A DNA stretch of 64,000 nucleotides, taken from the IMG/VR virus record IMGVR_UViG_3300042549_005813; one strand, 5' to 3'. Shown one piece after another: positions 44,742-54,399 of the stretch. Source of the stretch: a virus. Each line of letters begins with the position of its first letter. The first letter of the stretch is position 1. Below the pieces are notes generated by a model that had not been told where the DNA came from, made no database searches, and saw only the letters and a program-made list of their open reading frames with translations. Both the position numbers and the translations under genes were made by a program.

Positions 44742-45605
44742 ATGATTCTTGTTGACCTTAACCAGGTATTGTTAGCCGGACTTATGGCACAAATTGCCAG
44801 TCAAAAAGGTGTTAAATTAGAAGAAGGCCTTATCAGACACATGGTCCTGAATATACTCAGGACTCACCTAAAGAACTTCCGAGAAGAATATGGTGAAGTT
44901 GTACTGTGTGCTGACAACCGTAAATACTGGCGCAAGGAATTCTTTCCTTTCTACAAAGCCGGCCGTAAAAAAACCAGAGAGAAGTCTGAACTCGACTGGC
45001 ATTTAATCTTTGATATGCTTTCCAAGTTTAAGCAAGAGCTCAGAGATAATTTCCCTTACAAAGTCATTGATGTTGAGGGTGCAGAGGCTGATGATATCAT
45101 CGGTACACTTGTACCACGACATATCATGCATGAAAACATCCTAATCATTTCAAGTGATGGTGATTTCTTGCAATTACAGATGTATAACGGCCGAAGTGAG
45201 TATACCGTTAAACAATATAATCCTGCACAGAAGAAATTTCTCATTTCTAAGAATCCACTTGATGAATTGAAAGAAAAAATCATTCATGGTGATAAAGGTG
45301 ATGGCATTCCAAATATTATTTCACCGAGTGACACATTTGTGCGTGAGATTCGTCAGAAGGTTATGACAGAATCCAAACTTACAAAATTCATGGGTCAAGA
45401 CTATAGTGAATATGATGATGAAAATGCACGTATCGGTTTTTCACGTAACCAGACGTTGATTGACCTAAGAAATATACCAGGTGATATACAGACTAAAATT
45501 ATAAATACTTATGAAGAAACCAAACCAGCACCTAAAGGTAAGATACTGGATTATTTAATTACAAACAAACTGAAAAGTTTAATAGATGTTATTGGGGAAT
45601 TTTAA
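44742..45605 (+). CDS. rnh: T4-type RNase H (5'-3' exonuclease)
   Basis: ILVD, YKAGR, EADDIIG, SSDGDF and GDKGDGIPN motifs. Confidence 0.95.
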   Translation: MILVDLNQVLLAGLMAQIASQKGVKLEEGLIRHMVLNILRTHLKNFREEYGEVVLCADNRKYWRKEFFPFYKAGRKKTREKSELDWHLIFDMLSKFKQELRDNFPYKVIDVEGAEADDIIGTLVPRHIMHENILIISSDGDFLQLQMYNGRSEYTVKQYNPAQKKFLISKNPLDELKEKIIHGDKGDGIPNIISPSDTFVREIRQKVMTESKLTKFMGQDYSEYDDENARIGFSRNQTLIDLRNIPGDIQTKIINTYEETKPAPKGKILDYLITNKLKSLIDVIGEF

Positions 45606-46030
45606 TGAAATCGCTATATGAAGTTTTTGATGAATTTGAACTGGCTAAGAATAAAAAAGAAAGAATGGATGTAATTTCTAAAAATCTTTCACAGTCATTG
45701 GTTGATGTATTGAAATTGGCTTATCATCCAGACATTCAATGGAAAATTAAAGAACTGCCAGAAAATTATCGTATACCAACAGATATGTTACCTGGTATTA
45801 CACATGATAATATTAATGGACAAATACGTAGAATGTATATGTTCAGAGTTGGTGATCCAACCGCAGAAAAATTAAATGAACACCGTAGAAATGAATTACT
45901 AATTCAAATGTTAGAATCAATTGAACCACGGGAAGCAGAAGTTATATTGGGTATCTTCCAAAAAGATTTGGGAGTAAAAGGGTTAGACTATAAATTTGTA
46001 AAAGAGGCATTTCCAGACATGTTGCCATGA
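45605..46030 (+). CDS. Conserved T4-like hypothetical protein
   Basis: RNELLIQMLESI and VKEAFP motifs; follows rnh. Confidence 0.75.
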   Translation: MKSLYEVFDEFELAKNKKERMDVISKNLSQSLVDVLKLAYHPDIQWKIKELPENYRIPTDMLPGITHDNINGQIRRMYMFRVGDPTAEKLNEHRRNELLIQMLESIEPREAEVILGIFQKDLGVKGLDYKFVKEAFPDMLP

Positions 46031-46416
46031 CGAAAAAAGAAAACATCATTGTCTTATCAGGTGAATTCGATTACATAACTTATAATGATTTTAAATTATT
46101 AAAAACATGCAAATCTAAATGTGATTGGCTTGTTGTAGGAGTTCATTCTGACTCCTATATGGAGTTATGTCGAAATAGGACCAAAAGTACATTCGAACAA
46201 AGAAAAGAATTTGTAGAAAGTATTTCTTATGTTGATGAGGTGTTTGCTTTTAATGATTTTGATGGAACCTGCTGTAATTTACTAAAACTTATAAAACTAT
46301 GTTATCCCGCATCCAATATAATCTATGTTTCAGAAACAAACGTAGAGGATATGCCAGAAGCTCGTATTCGTGGCATCACATTCACAACATTTGAAATTAT
46401 TAATCAAGGAGTTTAA
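46027..46416 (+). CDS. Cytidylyltransferase-like protein with a degenerate HxGH motif
   Basis: SGEFD, LVVGVHSD and YVDEV motifs; HxGH replaced by TYND. Confidence 0.65.
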   Translation: MTKKENIIVLSGEFDYITYNDFKLLKTCKSKCDWLVVGVHSDSYMELCRNRTKSTFEQRKEFVESISYVDEVFAFNDFDGTCCNLLKLIKLCYPASNIIYVSETNVEDMPEARIRGITFTTFEIINQGV

Positions 46417-46421
46417 TTAAA

Positions 46422-46601
46422 GTGTCTAAATTTTCTGGAAAGTTTCGCAACCAGCGAGACTATGATGATGAGAAGTATTTCCAAGAGGAAAACAGAAACA
46501 AAAAACGTCAGAAGCAACAACGAAAACAAAAGTACTACGATGAGTATGAGTCTTTTGAATCCAATCAAAGATATAACAAATCCCAAAAAATTAATTACTG
46601 A
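46422..46601 (+). CDS. Small highly charged hypothetical protein
   Basis: GTG start after GGAG; MSKFSGKFRNQRDYDDE... Confidence 0.55.
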   Translation: MSKFSGKFRNQRDYDDEKYFQEENRNKKRQKQQRKQKYYDEYESFESNQRYNKSQKINY

Positions 46602-46654
46602 TGTTGTAAATTAACAACACCACTATTGACACTCTTTGATGGATGGTGTATAAT
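46602..46654 (+). promoter_or_regulatory. Operator-promoter cassette
   Basis: TGTTG-N8-CAACA (46602-46619); TTGACA(46626)-17-TATAAT(46649). Confidence 0.78.
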
Positions 46655-46678
46655 ACAACCATTGTTTAGGAGATTTTT

Positions 46679-47008
46679 ATGATGATATATGTTCGAATCG
46701 CAAAGTCCAAGAAAAAACTAGGACCAAAAGCTGTGCGTGAACAATATGATGCGTGGTTGAAATCACACCAAACATCGAAACCCATCAAATCCACAAGCAA
46801 TCAACTAACATATAAACTGTCGGCACCTGCCGGTCGTGAAACTGTGCATTATCCGTCATTAAATACAGGTAACGGTGTCGCTACTAAAGCAACACCGAAG
46901 GTTTACACTGGCACAAAAGTGATGGGAATAGCAACAATGCACAAATCAAACGCTGTTCCTGTGTTTAACAGTCAGGAAGCTGTAGAAATTTCAAAAATGA
47001 GGCGCTAA
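46679..47008 (+). CDS. Conserved phage hypothetical protein
   Basis: YTG..V.GIATMHKSNAVPV motif. Confidence 0.75.
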   Translation: MMIYVRIAKSKKKLGPKAVREQYDAWLKSHQTSKPIKSTSNQLTYKLSAPAGRETVHYPSLNTGNGVATKATPKVYTGTKVMGIATMHKSNAVPVFNSQEAVEISKMRR

Positions 47009-47302
47009 AATGAGTAAGAAAATGAGTTTTGTTGTAAAATTACAACGTCCTGTGTGTCGTACACCAATCAAGCCTGTACAAGCACATAAGAATGTCGTAA
47101 AATACAGTCGTAAAGATGAGAAAAAGACAATTTTGTCGCAAATTGCTGTTGTAGGAGACTAAAATGTCGCAAAACACTGAGCTAAAACAAGAACCGCAAG
47201 ATCCTATTGACTGGAAATTGCTAGATGAAGTTGTCCGTAAGTGGGCAGTACTATCAGGACATGAAGATGACCAAGATTGGTACAGGAAAATGAAGGAATA
47301 TT

Positions 47303-47479
47303 ATGAGTAAGAGATATATTATTGATTTGCAAGAAGCGAATGACGGCACCGGCGATGCAATCTTACAATTTCCTGATGAATTGCTTGCTGAAACAGGCTG
47401 GAAAGAAGGCACTGTGTTAAATATGAGAGTTGAAGAAACTCCAACAGGCAATGTTATTATTATGACTGAGAAAAAATAA
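47303..47479 (+). CDS. AbrB/MazE-type DNA-binding protein (58 aa)
   Basis: GDAILQFPDELLAETGWKEGTVLNMRVE swapped-hairpin pattern. Confidence 0.65.
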   Translation: MSKRYIIDLQEANDGTGDAILQFPDELLAETGWKEGTVLNMRVEETPTGNVIIMTEKK

Positions 47480-49569
47480 TGGAATTACTTGAATCAAAAT
47501 CACTTTTAGCCAAATTGATGGCAACCGAGAACCTTGTTGTTGAACAACGTCCGGTACCAACAGCATCTTTTGACGTTAAGAATCGGATTTTGACACTTCC
47601 GGTACTGGATAAAAATATCTCTAGTGCTCTTTATGACCTTTTTACAGGACATGAAGTTGGCCATGCTCTCTATACGCCTATGGATGGTATGTTGAAAGCA
47701 AGAGATGAAAAGGTTATCAGAGATGTATCTAATGTGGTTGAAGATTCCCGTATTGAACGCAAAATCAAATACAAATATCCAGGCCTTAAAAATTCATTCG
47801 TCAAAGCTTATGGTGAGCTTATGAGTAGAGATTTCTTTGGTATCAAAGGAACAGATATCAACAAGATGAATTTTCTTGACCGCATTAACCTGCACTGCAA
47901 AGGCGGCGCAGCATTACGTATTGAATTCAATGATGAAGAACGTGGTTTGCTTAATGAAGTTGAAACCACCGAAACCTATGATGATGTTATTGATGTATCG
48001 AAGAAAATTATCAAATACATGAAACGCAGATTAGAAGAAGAAGAACAAAAGCGTGCTAAAGCTAAAGCTGAAAACAATGATGATGGTGAAGATGAAGACG
48101 AATCAGAATATGAAGAAGTTGATTTTGATGACCAAGGCAATTCAAAAGAACAAACTTTTGAAGATGGTGAAGATGTAGAAGAACAAGAGGTTGAATCTAA
48201 CAAACAATCTGATGGTGATGAATTTGATTCTGTAGAAGAAGATAAGAAAGTAAGCCTGGAAGACCAGATTCGTTCTTTTACTGATGCTGCCTATAAAGAA
48301 AACGAAAAGCAACTTTTTGACAATAGTTTGAGTAATATTATATACGCAAATATTCCATATTTTAATCCAAAAGATGTTGTTGACCACAAATATATTTGGA
48401 AAAGATACAAAGAAGAAAACTTCAGTTCTTCAACAGAAACATTCCTTAAAATTCGAAATGAAAGTAACAAAGTAGTTTCCTACCTTGTTAAAGAATTTGA
48501 AATGCGTAAGAATGCTGACCAGTTGAAACGCACAACAACTGCCAAAACTGGTGAGTTGAATATGAATAAGATTTACTCTTATGGTTTCAGTGAAGATATC
48601 TTTAAGAAAATCTCGGTTGTTCCTGGTGGTAAATCACACGGACTTGTTATGTTCCTCGATTGGTCTGGTTCTATGATTGACCACATCGGTAACACAATGA
48701 AACAATTAATCAATTTGGTATTGTTCTGCAAGAAAATGAACATACCCTATGAAGTGTTTGCTTTTGTTGAAGACACCGAAACGGAAAAACTAACCAAACA
48801 AACACCAAAAGAAAATGACATATATTTCAAACCTTATGGTTTGATGAACCTATTATCATCTAGGATGTCTAGTTCCGAGTTCACTTATGCAGGTTCATCA
48901 TTAGTTTGTATGGCTGGTCTAGGCAAAGTCCGTGGTTATTTCCCCCATTGGATGCATATGCAAGGCACACCCCTGAACCAAGCAATCGTTCATGCAATGA
49001 CTATCGTTCCTGAATTTCAAAAGAAAAACAAATTACAGATTGTCAATACAATTTTTCTAACAGACGGTGAAAGTAATAATGCTAACCGTTATTTACAAAA
49101 AGATTCTTATTACGGACTAACAGATGTACACATGAAGTGTGAAAGATTAGTTATTCGTGATCCTGTTACCAAACATGAAGAAAAGATTGATGGTAAAAAT
49201 GGTTACGAAGCACAGACAAATGCTTTCATTCGTTTGTTGAAAGCAAGAACTGGTTCTAATGTTATTGGTTTTTATGTTATCAATGGTAGAGATTTTAACC
49301 GTAAAGTGCATCAGTGGTTTCCGAAACAAATGAACCACGAAGAAATGAAGGACAATTTTAGAAAATCTAAGTTTGCCATTCTGGAGAATACTGGATATGA
49401 TGAGTACTATATCTTGCGGTCAAATGGCCTAGATACCGATGAGGATTCTACTTTCGAAGTTAAAGAAAACTCAACCTTCAGAGGTATTGCCTCTGCATTT
49501 ACAAAGTACAATAATGGCAAACATAACAGTCGTGTTGTACTGAATCGTTTTATCGGACTTATTACATAG
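47479..49569 (+). CDS. CobT-like protein: HExxH peptidase-like domain, acidic linker and VWA domain
   Basis: GHEVGHALYT, NVVEDSRIE, MIDAS LDWSGSM, GTPL and FLTDGE motifs. Confidence 0.85.
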   Translation: MELLESKSLLAKLMATENLVVEQRPVPTASFDVKNRILTLPVLDKNISSALYDLFTGHEVGHALYTPMDGMLKARDEKVIRDVSNVVEDSRIERKIKYKYPGLKNSFVKAYGELMSRDFFGIKGTDINKMNFLDRINLHCKGGAALRIEFNDEERGLLNEVETTETYDDVIDVSKKIIKYMKRRLEEEEQKRAKAKAENNDDGEDEDESEYEEVDFDDQGNSKEQTFEDGEDVEEQEVESNKQSDGDEFDSVEEDKKVSLEDQIRSFTDAAYKENEKQLFDNSLSNIIYANIPYFNPKDVVDHKYIWKRYKEENFSSSTETFLKIRNESNKVVSYLVKEFEMRKNADQLKRTTTAKTGELNMNKIYSYGFSEDIFKKISVVPGGKSHGLVMFLDWSGSMIDHIGNTMKQLINLVLFCKKMNIPYEVFAFVEDTETEKLTKQTPKENDIYFKPYGLMNLLSSRMSSSEFTYAGSSLVCMAGLGKVRGYFPHWMHMQGTPLNQAIVHAMTIVPEFQKKNKLQIVNTIFLTDGESNNANRYLQKDSYYGLTDVHMKCERLVIRDPVTKHEEKIDGKNGYEAQTNAFIRLLKARTGSNVIGFYVINGRDFNRKVHQWFPKQMNHEEMKDNFRKSKFAILENTGYDEYYILRSNGLDTDEDSTFEVKENSTFRGIASAFTKYNNGKHNSRVVLNRFIGLIT

Positions 49570-49577
49570 GAGTTATT

Positions 49578-49811
49578 ATGGAAATTTATTCAGAATATTA
49601 TGGTGCAGGTAGAAAGGCTACCGTGACTAGACTTGCTAGAGGTGTTCTCGACAGACAGTTTGATGTTTGGGAAGTTGCCTTGTACATTGAGAACAAAGTG
49701 GTACAACGAACCACGATTCGTACCGAGAGTGAAGCAGAAGATTTTGCCGAATCTTGGTGTCAAGGTGCCGATGGCAACCAAGTTTTGTTGAATGAGGTTA
49801 TTAATGGATAA
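49578..49811 (+). CDS. Hypothetical protein
   Basis: SD plus ORF. Confidence 0.65.
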   Translation: MEIYSEYYGAGRKATVTRLARGVLDRQFDVWEVALYIENKVVQRTTIRTESEAEDFAESWCQGADGNQVLLNEVING

Positions 49812-50082
49812 AAAGACCAAAGAGATTTTCTGTATCACACAGGAAGAATGTGCTGAAGTGACGCAGGCAATCTCAAAGATTTTCCGTTTCGGTTTTGACT
49901 CCGTGCATCCTGTTACAAACAAAAGTAACATGCAGAGTTTGGAAGAAGAAGTTGGAGACCTTTTGGCTATGATAGATATTATGGTAGAGAAGTGTATTGT
50001 TTCTGACAGTAATATTAACGCAGCCAGACAGGCCAAAAAAGAGAAACTGAAAATCTGGTCTAACATTTATAAAGAGGTATAA
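49804..50082 (+). CDS. MazG-like nucleotide pyrophosphohydrolase
   Basis: QEECAEV..AISK..RFG and EEEVGD motifs. Confidence 0.8.
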   Translation: MDKKTKEIFCITQEECAEVTQAISKIFRFGFDSVHPVTNKSNMQSLEEEVGDLLAMIDIMVEKCIVSDSNINAARQAKKEKLKIWSNIYKEV

Positions 50083-50083
50083 A

Positions 50084-50560
50084 ATGGACGAATACGGTTA
50101 TAATAAATTCGAAGAATATTTAATTAAAATATTAAAAAATAGGACTGAGGTTCTAGAACCAGAAATTGGTGATAACATTTCTCCTATTTCTGAAATCAAA
50201 GTTGCATTTGATGGTTATGGTGATTTAGAAACTGAAGATGCCAATGGTGACTACGAATACGTAGAACACGGTAATACAAACCTAGAATCATATGCAATCT
50301 ATATTCATAAAGATTCTGCAAAACGTGGTTTTGTTTTTCCTGAACACGATACACATTCTTTCACATTTGGTAATATGGTGCAACACCGTCCAGATGAAGA
50401 AGTTTGTTTGTTTGCATGGCATGAGTTTCTTGAAGAAGAAGATGCTTGGCGTTGGTATGTCATTCCTTTGGAAGACAGGCTGGCAGAAGACAATTCATTG
50501 ACAGCAGAACAAGTTATGGAAATCTTAGAAGTAGTTGTTAACAGATATTTTATTGAATAA
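50084..50560 (+). CDS. Acidic hypothetical protein
   Basis: SD plus ORF. Confidence 0.65.
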   Translation: MDEYGYNKFEEYLIKILKNRTEVLEPEIGDNISPISEIKVAFDGYGDLETEDANGDYEYVEHGNTNLESYAIYIHKDSAKRGFVFPEHDTHSFTFGNMVQHRPDEEVCLFAWHEFLEEEDAWRWYVIPLEDRLAEDNSLTAEQVMEILEVVVNRYFIE

Positions 50561-51771
50561 TGTTTTTCATACATAAAACAGTTAGTCTTTGTAATCATTG
50601 TTATAAACATATACCAGGAATTGTATATGAAAATGATAAAGAAATTTTAATGGCCAAAAAATGTCCGCAACATGGTATTATGCATAGTGTTGTAGAAACA
50701 GATGTTGAATTTTATTACGGTATTGAACATTTTCAAGAAATGTATGAGGACCTAAAAGAAAAATTACCAATATCAAATTCATCTGTCAATCAAATTTTAT
50801 TTGAAGCTAGTGATAGGTGTCAATTAGAATGTCCACATTGTTATCATTTACCTGATAATAAAATCACAGATAGAAAAATAGAAGATATCATAAAACAAAT
50901 TGATGGTTTTCCAAAAACTGGTATTCCTATGTTGGCTGGAGCTGAGGCTACATTGAGGCCGGATTTTTTTGATTTGTGTAAACAAATAGACTCTTTGGGT
51001 TTTGAACAATTTGAATTATTATCAAACGGATTGAAATTTAGTAGTGCTGATTGGACGAAAAAGATATTTCAATCTGGACTTAAAAGCGTATGCGTAGGAT
51101 TAAATCACAGTAGTTATCAAGGATTAAAAGTACATAATAAACAACTTCGTGGTTTAAACAACATATTAGAATATGGTGTTGGTTGTGGTTATGTCGGTTA
51201 TACTATAGAGAGTTACGAACATTTACCTGAAATATTAAATGAAATAAGATTATTGGCTAATCCAAAAATAGACCATTTCAGAATTCGTTGTGGTAGTTTT
51301 ATTGGAAGAAGTTCGGATAAGGAACGTTCTTATTTGAGTAAAATGATTAAGTACATCAAAAACATTCTTGGAGATGAAATCTCAATATCTAAATCAGATA
51401 ATAATCCTTATCATATCATGATGAATTGGAAGGGAATTGATTTACGTTTAATACAATGGCCGGATGTTACTAATATAGATATGGAAGAACTTGATGTTGG
51501 ACCTTGGTGTCAGTTCTATCGTGGACCAATTACAAATTTTGTACACCAAGTTATCACAAGAGATGCTTACAAAAATATGGGACTACCTCAATTGGATGTC
51601 GTACCTGAAAAATATACATACAAATATAAACCAATGCAATATTGGAAAGACGAATGGTTTAAGCCAATAAAAATTAAAGAAAGTGATTTGATTAATGATG
51701 TTCAAATGTGGGATTTGAAAAATATTGGTGTTGATTTAAAACCTTCAATAATACCAATAAAGAAAAACTAA
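50560..51771 (+). CDS. Radical SAM protein with an N-terminal Cys/His metal-binding module
   Basis: CQLECPHC (CxxxCxxC), GAEAT and SNG motifs; N-terminal SLCNHC...KKCPQHG. Confidence 0.88.
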   Translation: MFFIHKTVSLCNHCYKHIPGIVYENDKEILMAKKCPQHGIMHSVVETDVEFYYGIEHFQEMYEDLKEKLPISNSSVNQILFEASDRCQLECPHCYHLPDNKITDRKIEDIIKQIDGFPKTGIPMLAGAEATLRPDFFDLCKQIDSLGFEQFELLSNGLKFSSADWTKKIFQSGLKSVCVGLNHSSYQGLKVHNKQLRGLNNILEYGVGCGYVGYTIESYEHLPEILNEIRLLANPKIDHFRIRCGSFIGRSSDKERSYLSKMIKYIKNILGDEISISKSDNNPYHIMMNWKGIDLRLIQWPDVTNIDMEELDVGPWCQFYRGPITNFVHQVITRDAYKNMGLPQLDVVPEKYTYKYKPMQYWKDEWFKPIKIKESDLINDVQMWDLKNIGVDLKPSIIPIKKN

Positions 51772-51901
51772 AGATATATAATGACCGATGAACAGGCCTT
51801 AGCCATTTATGAGAAACTGAAACAGAAACACGGTGATAACTTACCGGATCCTGACCACGAACCTATACAATTTGCCCATTGCATAAAGATGATGAAACAT
51901 T

Positions 51902-52387
51902 ATGAACCAGAAATATTCAGAACAGTATGATGCATATTATGACGAACAGACCAACGAATGGTTGGAAGATACCTGTGATGAACCGGATTGTGAACTCTGT
52001 ATTGGCCGAACACCGACACCTCTAAGAGAAATCTTTGTCTTTGGTTCGAACCTGGCCGGCCGACACGGTGCTGGTGCCGCAAAGTTTGCTGCTGACAACC
52101 ACGGTGCCATCTATGGTGTTGGTGTCGGACTACAAGGCGACTCTTATGGTATTCCAACAAAAGACCAGAATATCGAAACCTTGCCATTAACTTACATTAG
52201 AGTATACGTCAATCAATTCATAGAGTTTGCTAAGTATATGCCTAATCTGGTATTTAATGTTACTGCTATTGGATGTGGCCTTGCTGGTTATACTCCTTCT
52301 CAGATAGCACCGATGTTTTCAAGCGCCTCCGGACTTTCCAACGTCCGCCTTCCGGAAGAATTCCTGAAGGTCCTAGAAAATGACTGA
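51902..52387 (+). CDS. A1S_2505-like phage protein (Macro-like fold)
   Basis: IFVFGSNLAGRHGAGAA, YGIPTK and TAIGCGLAG motifs. Confidence 0.75.
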   Translation: MNQKYSEQYDAYYDEQTNEWLEDTCDEPDCELCIGRTPTPLREIFVFGSNLAGRHGAGAAKFAADNHGAIYGVGVGLQGDSYGIPTKDQNIETLPLTYIRVYVNQFIEFAKYMPNLVFNVTAIGCGLAGYTPSQIAPMFSSASGLSNVRLPEEFLKVLEND

Positions 52388-52486
52388 CTTACTGGTAATT
52401 CTGATTTTATTCTTCCTTTTCTGGGGAGAACCAGACGTATGGGATAAACTTCACGAACGAGCCATGCAACACATAGAGGAACCACA

Positions 52487-52780
52487 ATGCGTAAAACAAT
52501 CATCACCTTAGCACTCCTGTTCAGCACTACAACATTCGCACAAGAAGTCATTACTCTGTCGAAATCAATAAGATGTTCAAATGCCGAATCCGTAATGCGA
52601 TACTTTACAGAAGAATACAAAGAGATGCCAGTTTGGGTCGGCAAAACAACTAATGGTACGCATGTGACACTATTGGTTAACAAAGAGAAACGAAGCTGGA
52701 CACTCATCGAATACGATAGTAAACTGGCTTGCATATTGGGTGCAGGTGATTCTACTAGCAATCCGGAGATATCACTATGA
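52487..52780 (+). CDS. Hypothetical exported protein
   Basis: Signal peptide, 2 Cys, WTLIE..ACILGAG. Confidence 0.7.
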   Translation: MRKTIITLALLFSTTTFAQEVITLSKSIRCSNAESVMRYFTEEYKEMPVWVGKTTNGTHVTLLVNKEKRSWTLIEYDSKLACILGAGDSTSNPEISL

Positions 52781-52977
52781 GTAAACTACACCTACACCAA
52801 GAAGACCTGATAGCTATCAAAACATTCTGTGATAAGTATCCGGATTCTGACTACGTAACCGTGACCGTTGATTCGTCATCTGGTATCGGTTCAATCGTCA
52901 AAGTGTCGTTGCCAACTGTCATCAACGGCGATATGGTAATAATAGAGAAAACAATCGTAGATGAAAGTAGTTGGTGA
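52777..52977 (+). CDS. Hypothetical protein
   Basis: SSGIGS motif, DESSW end. Confidence 0.65.
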   Translation: MSKLHLHQEDLIAIKTFCDKYPDSDYVTVTVDSSSGIGSIVKVSLPTVINGDMVIIEKTIVDESSW

Positions 52978-52980
52978 AAA

Positions 52981-53316
52981 ATGAACGAACGAATTCGAGA
53001 AATAGCACTTCAAGCAGGTGGCAGTCATTACCCCGAAGTAAACTCAATGCAGCTACAAAAGTTCGCCGAGTTGATTATAGCAGAATGTGCTCAAGCCTGT
53101 ATGAACGAAGGGGCATCATACGAAGAAAAAGCAGCCGGAGCGTATCAAAGCAATTTATATGTCACTGCTATCAAACAACATTTCGGACTTGAAGAACAAT
53201 CCACAGAGCCTAATGTATTACATACTTGCCCCTATGCAGAAGAAATTCACGGAGATTATGAGACATTGTGTGATTGTGATGCGGAGCGGCAATATCAATG
53301 TGCAATGGATGTTTAA
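52981..53316 (+). CDS. MNERI-family hypothetical protein
   Basis: MNERIREIA...KFAELIIAEC...IKQHFG; paralogous to 62421 and 62619. Confidence 0.75.
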   Translation: MNERIREIALQAGGSHYPEVNSMQLQKFAELIIAECAQACMNEGASYEEKAAGAYQSNLYVTAIKQHFGLEEQSTEPNVLHTCPYAEEIHGDYETLCDCDAERQYQCAMDV

Positions 53317-53331
53317 TTAAGGAGTGAAATA

Positions 53332-53553
53332 ATGAGTGAATCGACTGGCATAACTGGCTTTATTGAAATCTTTGAGGGTCGATTGACTAAGATGAAACTA
53401 CACCTTAAAGAAGAATTGAACAAAGCTAAACACGAGCGTGACCGTAAAGCCATAAAGCGTATTACTGCCGATGCACGTAAACTAAACAAGACACTGAAAG
53501 AGATGCGTAATGTGTCAACTAAAAATTGTCCTCACTGTGGAGAGAAACTATGA
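53332..53553 (+). CDS. Hypothetical protein with a C-terminal CPHCG
   Basis: SD plus ORF. Confidence 0.65.
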   Translation: MSESTGITGFIEIFEGRLTKMKLHLKEELNKAKHERDRKAIKRITADARKLNKTLKEMRNVSTKNCPHCGEKL

Positions 53554-53739
53554 AAGCAAGTGGTATTAATGCCGCAATGGCACACAAAATTGAACTACAG
53601 AAACTTGTACACCAAGAAACAATCAAACAACAACAGATTAAAGTAATCAAAGACCGTCAGGAAGAATTGCAGATAATGAAAACACAGTACTTCAGTAAAG
53701 GTAATAACGTTGATGAGATGGTGTAGGAGTTAAAGAGTA

Positions 53740-54018
53740 ATGACACAGAGATATTTTGTTGTTGCAGGTAACTATGACCAATATTGCCAATGGATAAAAG
53801 AGAGAGGCCTTTCACGTAAAGAGTGGGTCCATGTATACGATTGCAATACTATCAGAGGTATCAGAAACCCTACAGGCAGACTCGTTGGTACTTGGTATGA
53901 AAGAGAGGATGCTATGGATATTCTGGTGGCTCTGAGAGTGGCATCAGATAAGGTCAATGAGAACCTTGAGAATGCCTTAGTAATGTGGATACAATTGAAA
54001 ACTGAAAATGAAACATAG
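53740..54018 (+). CDS. Hypothetical protein
   Basis: SD plus ORF. Confidence 0.65.
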   Translation: MTQRYFVVAGNYDQYCQWIKERGLSRKEWVHVYDCNTIRGIRNPTGRLVGTWYEREDAMDILVALRVASDKVNENLENALVMWIQLKTENET

Positions 54019-54193
54019 TGACGTACAGAGAATTATAGAGAACCTTGAGAATGCTTTGAGAGTGCATCCAGATAAAGGCTATGAGATTGGTTCATTAGAA
54101 GAATCACAGAAATTTGCAGAGGAGCGAAAGCTGGACCTGGAAAAATTCCCGGTATCAAGAGGATCCTCCGAGAAAAAATTTCGAAACCCTTAA
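54008..54193 (+). CDS. Hypothetical protein
   Basis: Last plus-strand ORF before the convergent junction. Confidence 0.5.
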   Translation: MKHSDVQRIIENLENALRVHPDKGYEIGSLEESQKFAEERKLDLEKFPVSRGSSEKKFRNP

Positions 54194-54318
54194 CGGGGCC
54201 CCAGAAAATAAAAAATGAGAAAAAAGAGTTTGACCAGGTGGCACTTTTTTAGCTAATCACTTACCTACCGCACCCCCATCCCTCACCGCTACTGCTCGGA
54301 CAGCAGCTCCAGCAGAGC

Positions 54319-54353
54319 CAAAAAAAGAGGCAGCACCATTACAGCACTGCCTC
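54319..54353 (-). terminator. Intrinsic terminator on the minus strand
   Basis: Minus strand reads AGAGGCAG-loop-CTGCCTCT followed by a T-run. Confidence 0.75.
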
Positions 54354-54399
54354 TAAACCCCACCATCCAGCCTAGCCTCAAGTGGGGAGAGCGAAAACC

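Noticed and set aside
13354-50610. Numerous 60-160 aa antisense or alternate-frame ORFs inside core genes
   Set aside because: They are shadow ORFs fully overlapping well-supported genes, with no SD and no recognisable motifs
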